Virus record (IMG/VR): IMGVR_UViG_3300025030_000067
Location: 26,535 to 90,534 of that record
Origin: a virus
DNA: 64,000 nucleotides
Reading direction: 5' to 3' (one strand)
Below, piece after piece: positions 27,864-36,448 of the stretch. Below the pieces are notes generated by a model. The model was not told where the DNA came from, did no database searches, and saw only the letters and a list, made by a program, of their open reading frames with translations. Numbering within the stretch: the stretch's first letter is position 1; each line of letters begins with the position of its first letter. The position numbers were made by a program, and so were the translations under genes.

Positions 27864-28864
27864 GCTTGCTTCTCCCCGCCATGGACGTATCCCAGCTTCG
27901 CCTCGTGGTAGGGTAGCGACACCGGCAGACCCTCAATGGTCCTCCAAGCTGTGTAGAGGTCGATCAGGAACATCTTGACCATGTAGCGCATCGCGGCGTT
28001 GTGTCGGTGCCCCTTCTCGCTCACGGTTTTCTCTTTGCCCTTGTCGTTGGTTTCGGTTCGGTCCTTCCAGTTGGTGTGATTTTCCAGACGGTTCTTGTAG
28101 TCGTCATATATCGTCCGGTATTTGCTCTCACCGGCTCTCAGGAAGCTGCTGGCGAGCACTCCCATCAGTTTTGTTTTGAGGAATGGGTTGAATGTGATTC
28201 CGTTCCTGATCGCTGAGTTACCTTCTTTGTCGATATACGCTACAGTCTGGAGATGCTCTTTCCTTCGTGATCGGCCTTTGCCATCATCTGCGCAGTCGAG
28301 TCCTGCATACTTCCAGATGCTGCTCGGGTGTCTGGACTTGGTGATGTCGATCTCGCTGATGATCACTCCTGCCATGGCTGGGCCTATGCCTCTGACGCCT
28401 TCGAGGAATTCGACGTATATCGGGTAATCTTCGAGTATCTTGCCGAGCATCCGGAAGTGCCGGTTCTCTTGGGATTCGAGGTCTTTGTATTGCGATATCA
28501 GGCAGAGCTCCGTGTAGTCACTGATCACTGGATTTCCCTTGAATTTCTTTTTGCTGGGCAGGCCGTCTGCCGTCAGTAGTGAGTAGTGTTTATCGAGCAG
28601 TTGGGACACAAGCCCTGCGATCTTCTTTTCTTCTTTTTCCGTCTGTTCCAGCTCCGCGACTGCTCCGGTGGTGACCAGTTTGTTGGCATTCCGTATCCGT
28701 GCCAGCAGTTGCTGCGATTCGGCGTCGAGTCCTTCTTCTGGTTCGCTTGGTGCCTGGCCGAGTTTGGCCTTGAAGTTGCCGACTATCCTGTTTCCGGTTT
28801 GGATGCGGAGCTTCTGGATGTCGTAGCTCCCTCTTACGATGGTTTTCAGATTTCCTGCTGACAT
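27857..28864 (-). CDS. Nop-domain, IS110-related RNA-binding protein without a nuclease domain (TasA-like)
   Basis: FLEGVRGIGPAMAGVIISEIDI...SSIWKYAGL...FNPFLKTKL...GHRHNAAMRYMVKMFL; no N-terminal DEDD RuvC; no IS110 catalytic SG loop; flanked by 36-nt arrays. Confidence 0.8.
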   Translation of the reverse strand: MSAGNLKTIVRGSYDIQKLRIQTGNRIVGNFKAKLGQAPSEPEEGLDAESQQLLARIRNANKLVTTGAVAELEQTEKEEKKIAGLVSQLLDKHYSLLTADGLPSKKKFKGNPVISDYTELCLISQYKDLESQENRHFRMLGKILEDYPIYVEFLEGVRGIGPAMAGVIISEIDITKSRHPSSIWKYAGLDCADDGKGRSRRKEHLQTVAYIDKEGNSAIRNGITFNPFLKTKLMGVLASSFLRAGESKYRTIYDDYKNRLENHTNWKDRTETNDKGKEKTVSEKGHRHNAAMRYMVKMFLIDLYTAWRTIEGLPVSLPYHEAKLGYVHGGEKQAA

Positions 28865-28886
28865 GATGCCTCCTTGGTTGGTTTGG

Positions 28887-29292
28887 TGGTTCCTCTCTTT
28901 AGTAGTGGTTTTCTTAAACCGAATGGCTCGCTATTGTCTGTTGGTTTTCTTAATGTTAATGACTCGCTCTACGTATCTGTGTTTCTTTTGATGAATGGCT
29001 CGCTTCGTTATGCTGGTTTTATCTTCTTTATCGGCTCGCTCACTACATTTGGGTTTCTTTTCTGGAATGACTCGCTTCGGTCGTTTGGGTTTCTCCCATT
29101 TCTTGGCACGCTCAATATTGCTGGGTATCTCTTTTTTTCTGGCTCACTTCGTCAGGATGGGTTTCTTCTGCGTTTTGGTTCGCTCTTTCATCATGGTGTT
29201 ATTACAAGTGCTGGCTCGCTGTCTTCACTTGGGTTTCTTTTTGAATTTGGCTCGCTATGAAAAGATGGTTTCCTTTCTCATTATGGCTTCTC
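28887..29292 (-). repeat. TIGR-like array, upstream part (11 units of 36 nt)
   Basis: Edge-type repeats TGGCTCGCT (+) every 36 nt from 28924 to 29248, with degenerate ends at 28887 and 29284; loop-type TGGKTTTCT offset by 18 nt; all spacers 9 nt and distinct. Confidence 0.9.
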
Positions 29293-29327
29293 TTTCTATA
29301 AGTCTCCGTCACAGAATGATGCCGATG

Positions 29328-30068
29328 CTACGGAATCGTTATTTTGTGCTTGCCAAATACCGGGTTGATCTTAATCGCGCACCATGCGATTGCGTATAGC
29401 AGCTTCGATGTAATCCACCAGCAGCGGTCAGTAGTGTCGTTCAAGTTGATTGCCCATTGTTGGTATTCTTCCCGATTGACGATGCCGTTGTATCCGCCGC
29501 CATTGTTGTTTATCCCTGGGCCTTGCCAAATGAAAACGGCGTGATCGTCGGAACGGAAGTATGACCGAAACTTTCTGGCGAATGGCTGTATCTCCGGGGT
29601 GTAGACGAATGGGCTTGTGTCGTCGTATAGGCCGATGATCGGGAGTATCTTCTTGCCCTTGTACAGCACTTTGATGAAGTGCGACGATATCGCGATGTTC
29701 AGGTAATTCTTGAACTTCGTCATTTTATCCGAGTAATAGATGTCCATCATGTACCAGTCGAAGTTGGTGGAGCACTGCTGTTCTATTTCTTCGATCAGTG
29801 CGATCGCCAGCGGCTTGTTTGTTCTGGCTCTGTACCAATTGATCTTGTCGTCCTGGTCGCGTATGGAAATCTTCTGTACGTCCGGTTCGTCAAAGAGGTA
29901 GTAGGCAATGATCGTGCGGTGTTCTTTGTATTCGCTTGAGACCACTGCCATGCCGATCTTCGCCATGAGCTCCATTTCTTCCACCGTGAAGTCGCCCAGC
30001 ACGGTGTTGAAGCCCAGTCTCTTGATTTCCAGAAAATCCGCTCCGGATGATGCGTACACAATTTTCAT
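29328..30068 (-). CDS. Putative glycoside-hydrolase-like TIM-barrel protein
   Basis: LGFNTV, IIAYYLFDEPD, FDWYMMDIYY patterns. Confidence 0.5.
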   Translation of the reverse strand: MKIVYASSGADFLEIKRLGFNTVLGDFTVEEMELMAKIGMAVVSSEYKEHRTIIAYYLFDEPDVQKISIRDQDDKINWYRARTNKPLAIALIEEIEQQCSTNFDWYMMDIYYSDKMTKFKNYLNIAISSHFIKVLYKGKKILPIIGLYDDTSPFVYTPEIQPFARKFRSYFRSDDHAVFIWQGPGINNNGGGYNGIVNREEYQQWAINLNDTTDRCWWITSKLLYAIAWCAIKINPVFGKHKITIP

Positions 30069-30069
30069 G

Positions 30070-30399
30070 TCACTGTTCTCCGTGGTAGAAGATTGGTATG
30101 CCGCGAGTGCTTGCGTGCTGATGCTCCATGACGCTGCCGGGGCTGTCTCTCCACCCTGGCACCATCACTACGGCGTCGCATTTGTCGAGTAGCGGGATGC
30201 AGACCTTGCGCATCCAGTCGCCATGCTGCATGTGGGCGAACTGCGGGTCTTCATCCCAGAAGGCGGTTATTCTGTGAGGGATGATCGGGGCGAATCCAAG
30301 GTGCATCATGTGCTTGCCGACTACTTCGGCGGCGTCAATGTTGGCTTGGACTTCTTCTCTGGTGGGGGCTGTGTACTTTCCTGCGACGTAGCAAATCAT
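30070..30399 (-). CDS. DUF4406/nucleoside 2-deoxyribosyltransferase-like protein
   Basis: CYVAGKYT...CDAVVMVPGWRDSPGSVMEH. Confidence 0.7.
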   Translation of the reverse strand: MICYVAGKYTAPTREEVQANIDAAEVVGKHMMHLGFAPIIPHRITAFWDEDPQFAHMQHGDWMRKVCIPLLDKCDAVVMVPGWRDSPGSVMEHQHASTRGIPIFYHGEQ

Positions 30400-30660
30400 T
30401 TCTTTCTCCTGGATCGTTTTTCGTTGCTGTGGAGTGCTGCGTGGGATTTGTTGCAATGTTCTCGTTTTTCCCAGTTGTGGTCCAGTTCTTGTTCTCCTTG
30501 AACCAGTTCAGTGCCGCACCATAGGCAGACCTTTTGATTGGTCACTTATCTCTCCTGATGGTTCCGGTCTTTTTTAGTTTCCGCCGTTCGTGCCGGTTGG
30601 CCGGTGCAGTCGGTGCCGGCACAACAAGCAATAGGTTGTTGAATCCTCCAAGGCACACCG

Positions 30661-31182
30661 TCAGCATAATTTCCTCCGAATGGCACTATGTATTTTTGGG
30701 TCGTATGTTTCTCCTATTGCTTCTGCGTATTCGGTCAGAAGGAACCAGCTGCCCAGCGCCTGCCCTTCGTCTCCCGCCTGAATTATTTCTCCCGGTAAAA
30801 GGTAGTGGTGACCATCGGGTTGCAGTCTTCCTACTGAGAATTCCCTGGCCTCTTCTTGTGATTGATGCAGATACATCTCCACCTGCTGGCCGATTGGTTT
30901 CTCTTCGTCTCTGACCATCCCGAGTATCCCGTAACCGGATATGTCCCGGTATGGCGATTCTCCGAGCGCATGTTTGTCTGTGGCAATCCGGAACAGCTTG
31001 TCGATGATCCTGGTCACTAGCTGCATATCGCCGTACTGCTCCGGCTGGACTCCGTTCGGGTAGAGGATGCGGAGGATGTCGCCACTTTTACCGACGCTGT
31101 CGCCGTATGCCGTGTTCTTGACGTCCACTTCTTTACCGCTGGCTTGGCCGGCGTTCTCGTATTTACCGATTTCTTTCCGCAT
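30661..31182 (-). CDS. Nucleotide-modification-associated (DUF1599-like) protein
   Basis: KNTAYGDS...IIDKLFRI...ESPYRDISGYGIL. Confidence 0.55.
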   Translation of the reverse strand: MRKEIGKYENAGQASGKEVDVKNTAYGDSVGKSGDILRILYPNGVQPEQYGDMQLVTRIIDKLFRIATDKHALGESPYRDISGYGILGMVRDEEKPIGQQVEMYLHQSQEEAREFSVGRLQPDGHHYLLPGEIIQAGDEGQALGSWFLLTEYAEAIGETYDPKIHSAIRRKLC

Positions 31183-31447
31183 TGGTGACCTGCTCCTTTT
31201 TCTTTATTCTCCAGCGTCTGCCGGCCACGTTTGCCAGTTGCGGCAGCTCTGCCAGTTCCCCGTGCGGTCCAGTCACGTCATTCGCTTCTCTAGCTGCATC
31301 CCATTCCTCATATTCGCCTCTTACAGCGTCGGCTTGTTCCTGCTCTGTCAATGCTGACCATCTGCCGTGTTTTGCCCTGCCTCGGTTATATTCCTTGGCG
31401 ACCTCTTGAAAAAATCCTGTCAGCGGGTGGTTGGTGATGTCGGGCAT
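31163..31447 (-). CDS. Possible MazG-like protein
   Basis: GEYEEW...ELAELPQLANVA acidic helical pattern. Confidence 0.4.
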   Translation of the reverse strand: MPDITNHPLTGFFQEVAKEYNRGRAKHGRWSALTEQEQADAVRGEYEEWDAAREANDVTGPHGELAELPQLANVAGRRWRIKKKEQVTNAERNR

Positions 31448-31810
31448 GCGGCTTCTCCGGTACTTCTTGTTGATATTGATATTTCGATGTTGGTGCGACA
31501 GTTCGGGCAGATCACGATGGCTGCCAGCTTGGTTTCGTCGGGTCCGCAGACCACGTCCTTATGGGTGAGGTCGGCGTTGATTGCTTTGTTGCAGTTCGGG
31601 CATCCCGTGAACAGTGTCATAGTCGGTCCTTTCCGTATCTGATGCCGTTGCTCTTTTTGCATGTGATGCGGTGGTAGTATGTTTTCCCGTTAACCTCGAT
31701 CAGCACATGCTCCTTGCACTTGTCGCATTTTTCCCAACGGCGACCGGTGTTGCCTGCGGTCTTCTTGAAGTCTGGCACCTGGACTTCTTTGGGTGGCGTG
31801 GTGGCTTCTT

Positions 31811-32206
31811 TCACTGCTTCCTCCCGTTTGCTTCGAGTAGTGCCGCCTTACACATGGCTTCTGGAAATGTTGAGGCGACCACTCGGTATCGTTTGCTGTC
31901 AATATCTGTGGCGTGTTGTATGACGACGGTCACGTCCTCGGGAGTCACGAATATATCAACATCGTTGCCATGCGACTTGATCGCTTCAAGGACTTGCCAT
32001 GCCTGGCTGTTGTTGGCCGATGGTCGCCAGTCATCTACGTGCGCTGGGCACGAAGTCATGGCCTTGTTCTTTTCCTCTGCTTGGCAGTAGCAGGCGGTAT
32101 TCCGAAAGTGTACTGCCCATCCCATGATCTTCTCGGCCACCAGCTTATTCAGGTCTTCGTCTGGCTCCATCTGGTTGACGTATTGTGGGTATTCGTCGGT
32201 GGTCAT
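31811..32206 (-). CDS. Phage ABA-sandwich-like protein
   Basis: LNKLVAEKIMGW...PSANNSQAWQVLE...PEAMCKAAL. Confidence 0.6.
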   Translation of the reverse strand: MTTDEYPQYVNQMEPDEDLNKLVAEKIMGWAVHFRNTACYCQAEEKNKAMTSCPAHVDDWRPSANNSQAWQVLEAIKSHGNDVDIFVTPEDVTVVIQHATDIDSKRYRVVASTFPEAMCKAALLEANGRKQ

Positions 32207-32502
32207 GGTTTCTTTGGTCTCCGATAGCTGCCAAGCCTGTCCTCGCATTGGCCGATTATTGATTTCAGGGTGCGCCGGTATTCCTGGCGTCCTCGTGTTG
32301 ATTCTTTGCTTCGTGCCAGCCTTATGACGATGGTGTACATCTGGTCAGTGTCCTCGATGGTTTCCATCCCTTGGCCGTGTCGATTTGGTGCTTTTTTCAT
32401 TGGTTGCCTTGTAGCGGAATGTGTCTATTTACTCGACGCTTGTATCACATTATCTGTGGTATACGCTACAGCTTTTTAGATATGCGCTACACTATAGGCT
32501 CA

Positions 32503-32520
32503 CAGGGGCTTTCGCCCCTG
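32503..32520 (-). promoter_or_regulatory. GC-rich hairpin with GAAA loop (DGR target-recognition-like, or a terminator)
   Basis: CAGGGGC-GAAA-GCCCCTG on the minus strand, 36 nt after the stop of the C-type-lectin gene. Confidence 0.55.
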
Positions 32521-32556
32521 CTAACCCATCAGATAACCAGAGAGTCAGATTGCAGA

Positions 32557-33531
32557 TTATCCTATAAAAGCGGGACGGAAGCCGACGTAGCTGTACACGT
32601 TGGAGCGCTGATTGATCAAGCTCAAGGCAGCCAGGCCAGCATTCGAGGAGTAGCTCCAACCGCCACCCCGGAGCGGCATGGCCTCGAAGTTTTCGGTGTT
32701 ATCGGCCCATACGTGGCCTGGTATGCCGAGGCTGCCGTCGCAGGGACACAGCAGCGCCTGGTAGATGGATGCCGGGAGGGGTTGATCTGCCTTGGCGGTG
32801 ATTTCGGCGAATGGCGTGCTCAACCAGTCTCTGTCGGTGATCTTGTTGGAGATCTCAATGTCGCTCTTTCCGTTGATGACTGCACCGGTTTCCGCCCATG
32901 CTGATTCTTTGGCTGTGAATTCGTTGTTTCTCGGCATGATGATCTTGCCACTGGCCAGCTTCAGTCCGTCCACCCATTCCCAGACGTTGCCCACCAGATC
33001 GGCAATCCCGTGCATTGTGCCATCGTGGCGCCATGTATCCGGTCCTGATCCGGTCAGGGTCTTGCCGCCGTCGCCCGATGGCATGCCGGACTCTTCTTCA
33101 TTCTTGTGCGACTTGCCATAATCGGTGTTGCCGTGCGCGTCTCCGTATCCGTTTTTTGCCATCCAGAGTGCGACTGCTGCCCACTCCCAGTTGGTGAGCA
33201 TGTGGAAGCCTGGGCCAGCGGCTATGCAGGCCGCTCGTGCGTTGTCGAAGTTGATGCCGGTTTTAGGGGTCTGGTAGGGGAGTGAGATCGCTTGGCCGTT
33301 GCTGATGATGGCCTGGTAGGTGCCGATGTGGATCTCGCTCTTTTCGACGCCGTTGACGATGAAGGCCGGGTGCAGTCCAGTTCCCATGCTTTCGCTGATG
33401 TCCTCGCACTTGAACGCTGGTATCACGTTGAAGTATGACGGGTAGCCCTTGGTGGTCCGCCTGACGGTTTGCTTGCCCTCTGATGCTCTTTCTACCTGTT
33501 CCCTCAGTGAATCCTTGATGATGATGTTCAT
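32557..33531 (-). CDS. FGE-sulfatase/C-type lectin fold protein, DGR-target-like
   Basis: HPAFIVNGVEK, LTNWEWAA, DLVGNVWEW, RGGGW...GFRPA C-terminus. Confidence 0.8.
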   Translation of the reverse strand: MNIIIKDSLREQVERASEGKQTVRRTTKGYPSYFNVIPAFKCEDISESMGTGLHPAFIVNGVEKSEIHIGTYQAIISNGQAISLPYQTPKTGINFDNARAACIAAGPGFHMLTNWEWAAVALWMAKNGYGDAHGNTDYGKSHKNEEESGMPSGDGGKTLTGSGPDTWRHDGTMHGIADLVGNVWEWVDGLKLASGKIIMPRNNEFTAKESAWAETGAVINGKSDIEISNKITDRDWLSTPFAEITAKADQPLPASIYQALLCPCDGSLGIPGHVWADNTENFEAMPLRGGGWSYSSNAGLAALSLINQRSNVYSYVGFRPAFIG

Positions 33532-33594
33532 GTAAACCTCCTTTTAGTGGTGTTGCTTGGTATAAGCCTGGTGGCTAAAATGATGCTGGACGCT

Positions 33595-33920
33595 CTATCT
33601 GCCTTGCAGCCGTCTCAGGGCGCTTACCAGCATCGCTTGTTCTGCCTGCATATTCTTTTCGGGAAAATGGAACTCCTGTTGGCTGCTCCAGATGTTGCCT
33701 TTCGGTCCGATCTGCTGTCTCGGCTTCCCGTTTTCCATTATCCAGATCAATCCCCATTTTTCCGGCAGGTCTTTTGCCGTGATGATTCCAGCGGGGCAGA
33801 GGTAGAATCGGTATGTTCCCATTCCCATCCATGGGTTGCGGCGGAACAGTTTTTTTGCGTCGGCCAGAAAGTCGGAACGGCTTGTCTTGCATTCGATCAG
33901 GGTGGAGGTGCCATCGACAA
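33595..33920 (-). pseudogene. 5'-truncated PD-(D/E)XK-like phage nuclease fragment
   Basis: Frame reads *FVDGTSTLIECKTSRSDFLADAKK...YRFYLCP...WGLI with an in-frame TGA just upstream and no proper start. Confidence 0.45.
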
Positions 33921-34238
33921 ATCAATTGGCTTGTACCATCCGTCTATTTGCAGTGTGACCGCTACTCGGCCAAGCGGTTTGTGTTCCGGACCACCAACTC
34001 TCCTTGCATTGAGCCCTTTACAGAGGTGGTCTACCAGGGCGGCATTGCCTACTGCACCGTCTGTCCATGGTGCGGCAATCAGATCAAAGTCCCGCTTGAG
34101 CGAACCATGGACTCCTACGGCGTACCCGACTTCTCGCGCCAGCTTCCAGATAAGTCGAATGTCCGGCAGCTTTGGGTCTTCCCATCCAGGCGCTGGTTTA
34201 TCATGCTGTGGTGGTGCTACTAAATCCGGCCATGCCAT
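33897..34238 (-). CDS. Hypothetical protein (nucleotidyltransferase-like GS..RDFD motif)
   Basis: GYAVGVHGSLKRDFDLIAAPW. Confidence 0.5.
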   Translation of the reverse strand: MAWPDLVAPPQHDKPAPGWEDPKLPDIRLIWKLAREVGYAVGVHGSLKRDFDLIAAPWTDGAVGNAALVDHLCKGLNARRVGGPEHKPLGRVAVTLQIDGWYKPIDLSMAPPP

Positions 34239-34454
34239 TGTCCTGCCTCCGTTATCCGATGCTGTACCCGTCCGGCACAGCCGTTGTTCGGGTTTCGATG
34301 TTGTCGTATTCCTCTACTTCCCATGAGGCCAAGTTGAGGTCTACGTTGCAGGTGATGTTTTCCTCGCTACTCAGTAGCTCTTCGACTTCATCGTCTGGCA
34401 CGTCAATGTGCTGCCGGAACGTGATTGTCATCTTCCCGGTGATGTGGATCCGCT

Positions 34455-35789
34455 TCATGGTTGCTCCGGGTCATACTCACTGGGCTCGCCCTTCGCCAGC
34501 TTGACTAGTTCGACGATCTGCTTTTCAATATTTGCGTCCGCTAGAGTGGATCCGTCCAGGCTGCCGTCGTATGGCGGTTCTTGTGTTGGGAAGTACAGTA
34601 TGGCTTCCCCGTATCCATTTTCCATGTGGATGTGTATCTGGTAGTTTTCCGGCAGCTCGCCGCAGACCAGCTGTGTCATGCCGTGGATGGTCATTCCGAG
34701 TGGGACTATCTCGATCGGCATCTGTGTGTTCATTGCGGCCTTTAGTCGGACCATGTCTTCCTCGCTGAGTTCGACTGGCGATACCACGAAGAGGGGGCTG
34801 CTGCGCTCTTTGATGTACTGTTCGAGTGCCCTGATCTTGTCCAGATGCTTTTTGCTGATCTCGAATTCTTTTTCGAATAGATCTCTGTAATAATTCGCGG
34901 AATCGTTGCCCCAATCCGTCGATCGGTTCCAGCGGATTGTCTTTTCCGCAGTTTCGCACCTCAGTTCGTACTTTTGAATGTTCGTTTCCAGCTCCGCGAT
35001 GCGGTCCATTTGCCGGTCGATCACCACCGCTGCTTCTTTGAGCTGTGTGTGGGCGCCTTGTACCGCTTGCGCTTGCACCGCGACCACGTTGGCCTGCTCT
35101 GCGATGCGATGCACCAGTATTTCGGAGTCGATCAGCCTTGACACCTCTTCCGGCGTGTACTGGCTGTTGTTGTCTCGTATCCGGGCGAACATCACGTCGT
35201 GCTCGATCTGTAGGTTCTCGTTTTCCGACTCCAGGTCTTCGACGCTTTCCTGCAACTTGTCGTACTTGTCTGTTACGCACTTGATGATGTCGATGTCTGC
35301 TGGATCTGTTGGCGTGTTGTATGCGCCGACGTGGTCCCTTATCGACATGATCATGCCATGCATTCGCTTATTGGCGTCTTCCAGCTCGGCCATGCGTGCT
35401 ACTCTCTCCCTACTCCGCGCTGCCCCATTACGAGCCTCGCCTGGCGTTACTCCGAGATCATCCAGGGCTCTTTTGAAATCGTCACGTTCGGACTCCAGTT
35501 CGGTGACCCGTGTCCGCAGCTTCTGGCGTTCCATGGCGGTACAGTTGCAGCCGGCGTGGCCTGCTCCGTTCAGGAGGTTGCAGTCGCCGTCATGATCGAC
35601 TGTGGTGCTTTCCAGTAGGATGCTGGCTGGCATGCTCTTTGCCCAATCGAGCGCGGCTTTATGCAGCTGTTCTTCGCGTTGCAGGTGCGACATTATGGAC
35701 TCGTGATGCTGGCGTCTGGTTAACAGTCCTCCGCCTTGGCTGTTTGCTGCGTCTTCCAGTAAGGATATTGCTGCTTCTCTCGGCGTCAT
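34455..35789 (-). CDS. Coiled-coil hypothetical protein
   Basis: 444 aa; AAGGAGG RBS; heptad-rich. Confidence 0.55.
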   Translation of the reverse strand: MTPREAAISLLEDAANSQGGGLLTRRQHHESIMSHLQREEQLHKAALDWAKSMPASILLESTTVDHDGDCNLLNGAGHAGCNCTAMERQKLRTRVTELESERDDFKRALDDLGVTPGEARNGAARSRERVARMAELEDANKRMHGMIMSIRDHVGAYNTPTDPADIDIIKCVTDKYDKLQESVEDLESENENLQIEHDVMFARIRDNNSQYTPEEVSRLIDSEILVHRIAEQANVVAVQAQAVQGAHTQLKEAAVVIDRQMDRIAELETNIQKYELRCETAEKTIRWNRSTDWGNDSANYYRDLFEKEFEISKKHLDKIRALEQYIKERSSPLFVVSPVELSEEDMVRLKAAMNTQMPIEIVPLGMTIHGMTQLVCGELPENYQIHIHMENGYGEAILYFPTQEPPYDGSLDGSTLADANIEKQIVELVKLAKGEPSEYDPEQP

Positions 35790-36133
35790 GATTCCTCCTT
35801 TGAGGTTGTGGTTAATCTACGTCGATATTGAGTATTGCGACGTCAGCCACAACCTTGTGCTCGTGAGCGCCGACCCGTTTCCAGACTTGACAGAGTCCGT
35901 TTCTATCGTTGCATCCGATTTGCAGCGTCTTCGGCCAGGTCTTAGCCAATTCTTGCAGTGCTGTGATGGCCTGTTTTTCCTTTAGTGTTGGCGTCATGAT
36001 TCCTCCTTGGGTTTATTGTTGAAGTTTCTGCTTTGGTATTTGTATTCGGCTATCTCGATCATCTGCTCTTGCTTGGACATCCGCTGGAACTTCCGTGACC
36101 GCATAAGTTTGAGCAGCAGCTGATCTTTCATGG

Positions 36134-36373
36134 CTATTTTCCTCCGGTTGCAGGTGCTTCTATGTCTGCCCAGTGGCTGGGGTGACTATTTCTCATGGCT
36201 GGTTTGCCACTCAGCCTGTCCTTGTCGTGTTCCCAGTGCGGCTGCGGTTTTTTGTAGAACTCATCCTCATCCCATCTTCCAAATACCATGTTTATTCCGT
36301 TAAAAATTGGTTCTGGGTAGTAGAGCAGTATCCGTCTATCTTTTGGAGCGGTTTCTATTGGCTGCCAGTTCAT
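36134..36373 (-). CDS. DUF551-like phage protein
   Basis: MNWQPIETAPKD...PSHW. Confidence 0.7.
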   Translation of the reverse strand: MNWQPIETAPKDRRILLYYPEPIFNGINMVFGRWDEDEFYKKPQPHWEHDKDRLSGKPAMRNSHPSHWADIEAPATGGK

Positions 36374-36448
36374 TGTAATTCTCCTTTGTAGTGGCCTTCC
36401 CCTGCTGTAAGCCGGTCCACTACAATGACGTTGGTAGGGTTTCGGCGT

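Noticed and set aside
27857-28864. IS110 insertion sequence
   Set aside because: No DEDD RuvC domain or catalytic Ser loop, and no IS ends; the flanking arrays fit a Tas-like system
28874-29260. 128-aa hydrophobic plus-strand ORF with GSL...GFL 12-aa periodicity
   Set aside because: By-product of the 36-nt array read antisense; no RBS; opposite to all neighbouring genes
28887-29292. CRISPR array
   Set aside because: Repeats and spacers are only 9 nt and two repeat types alternate; no cas genes
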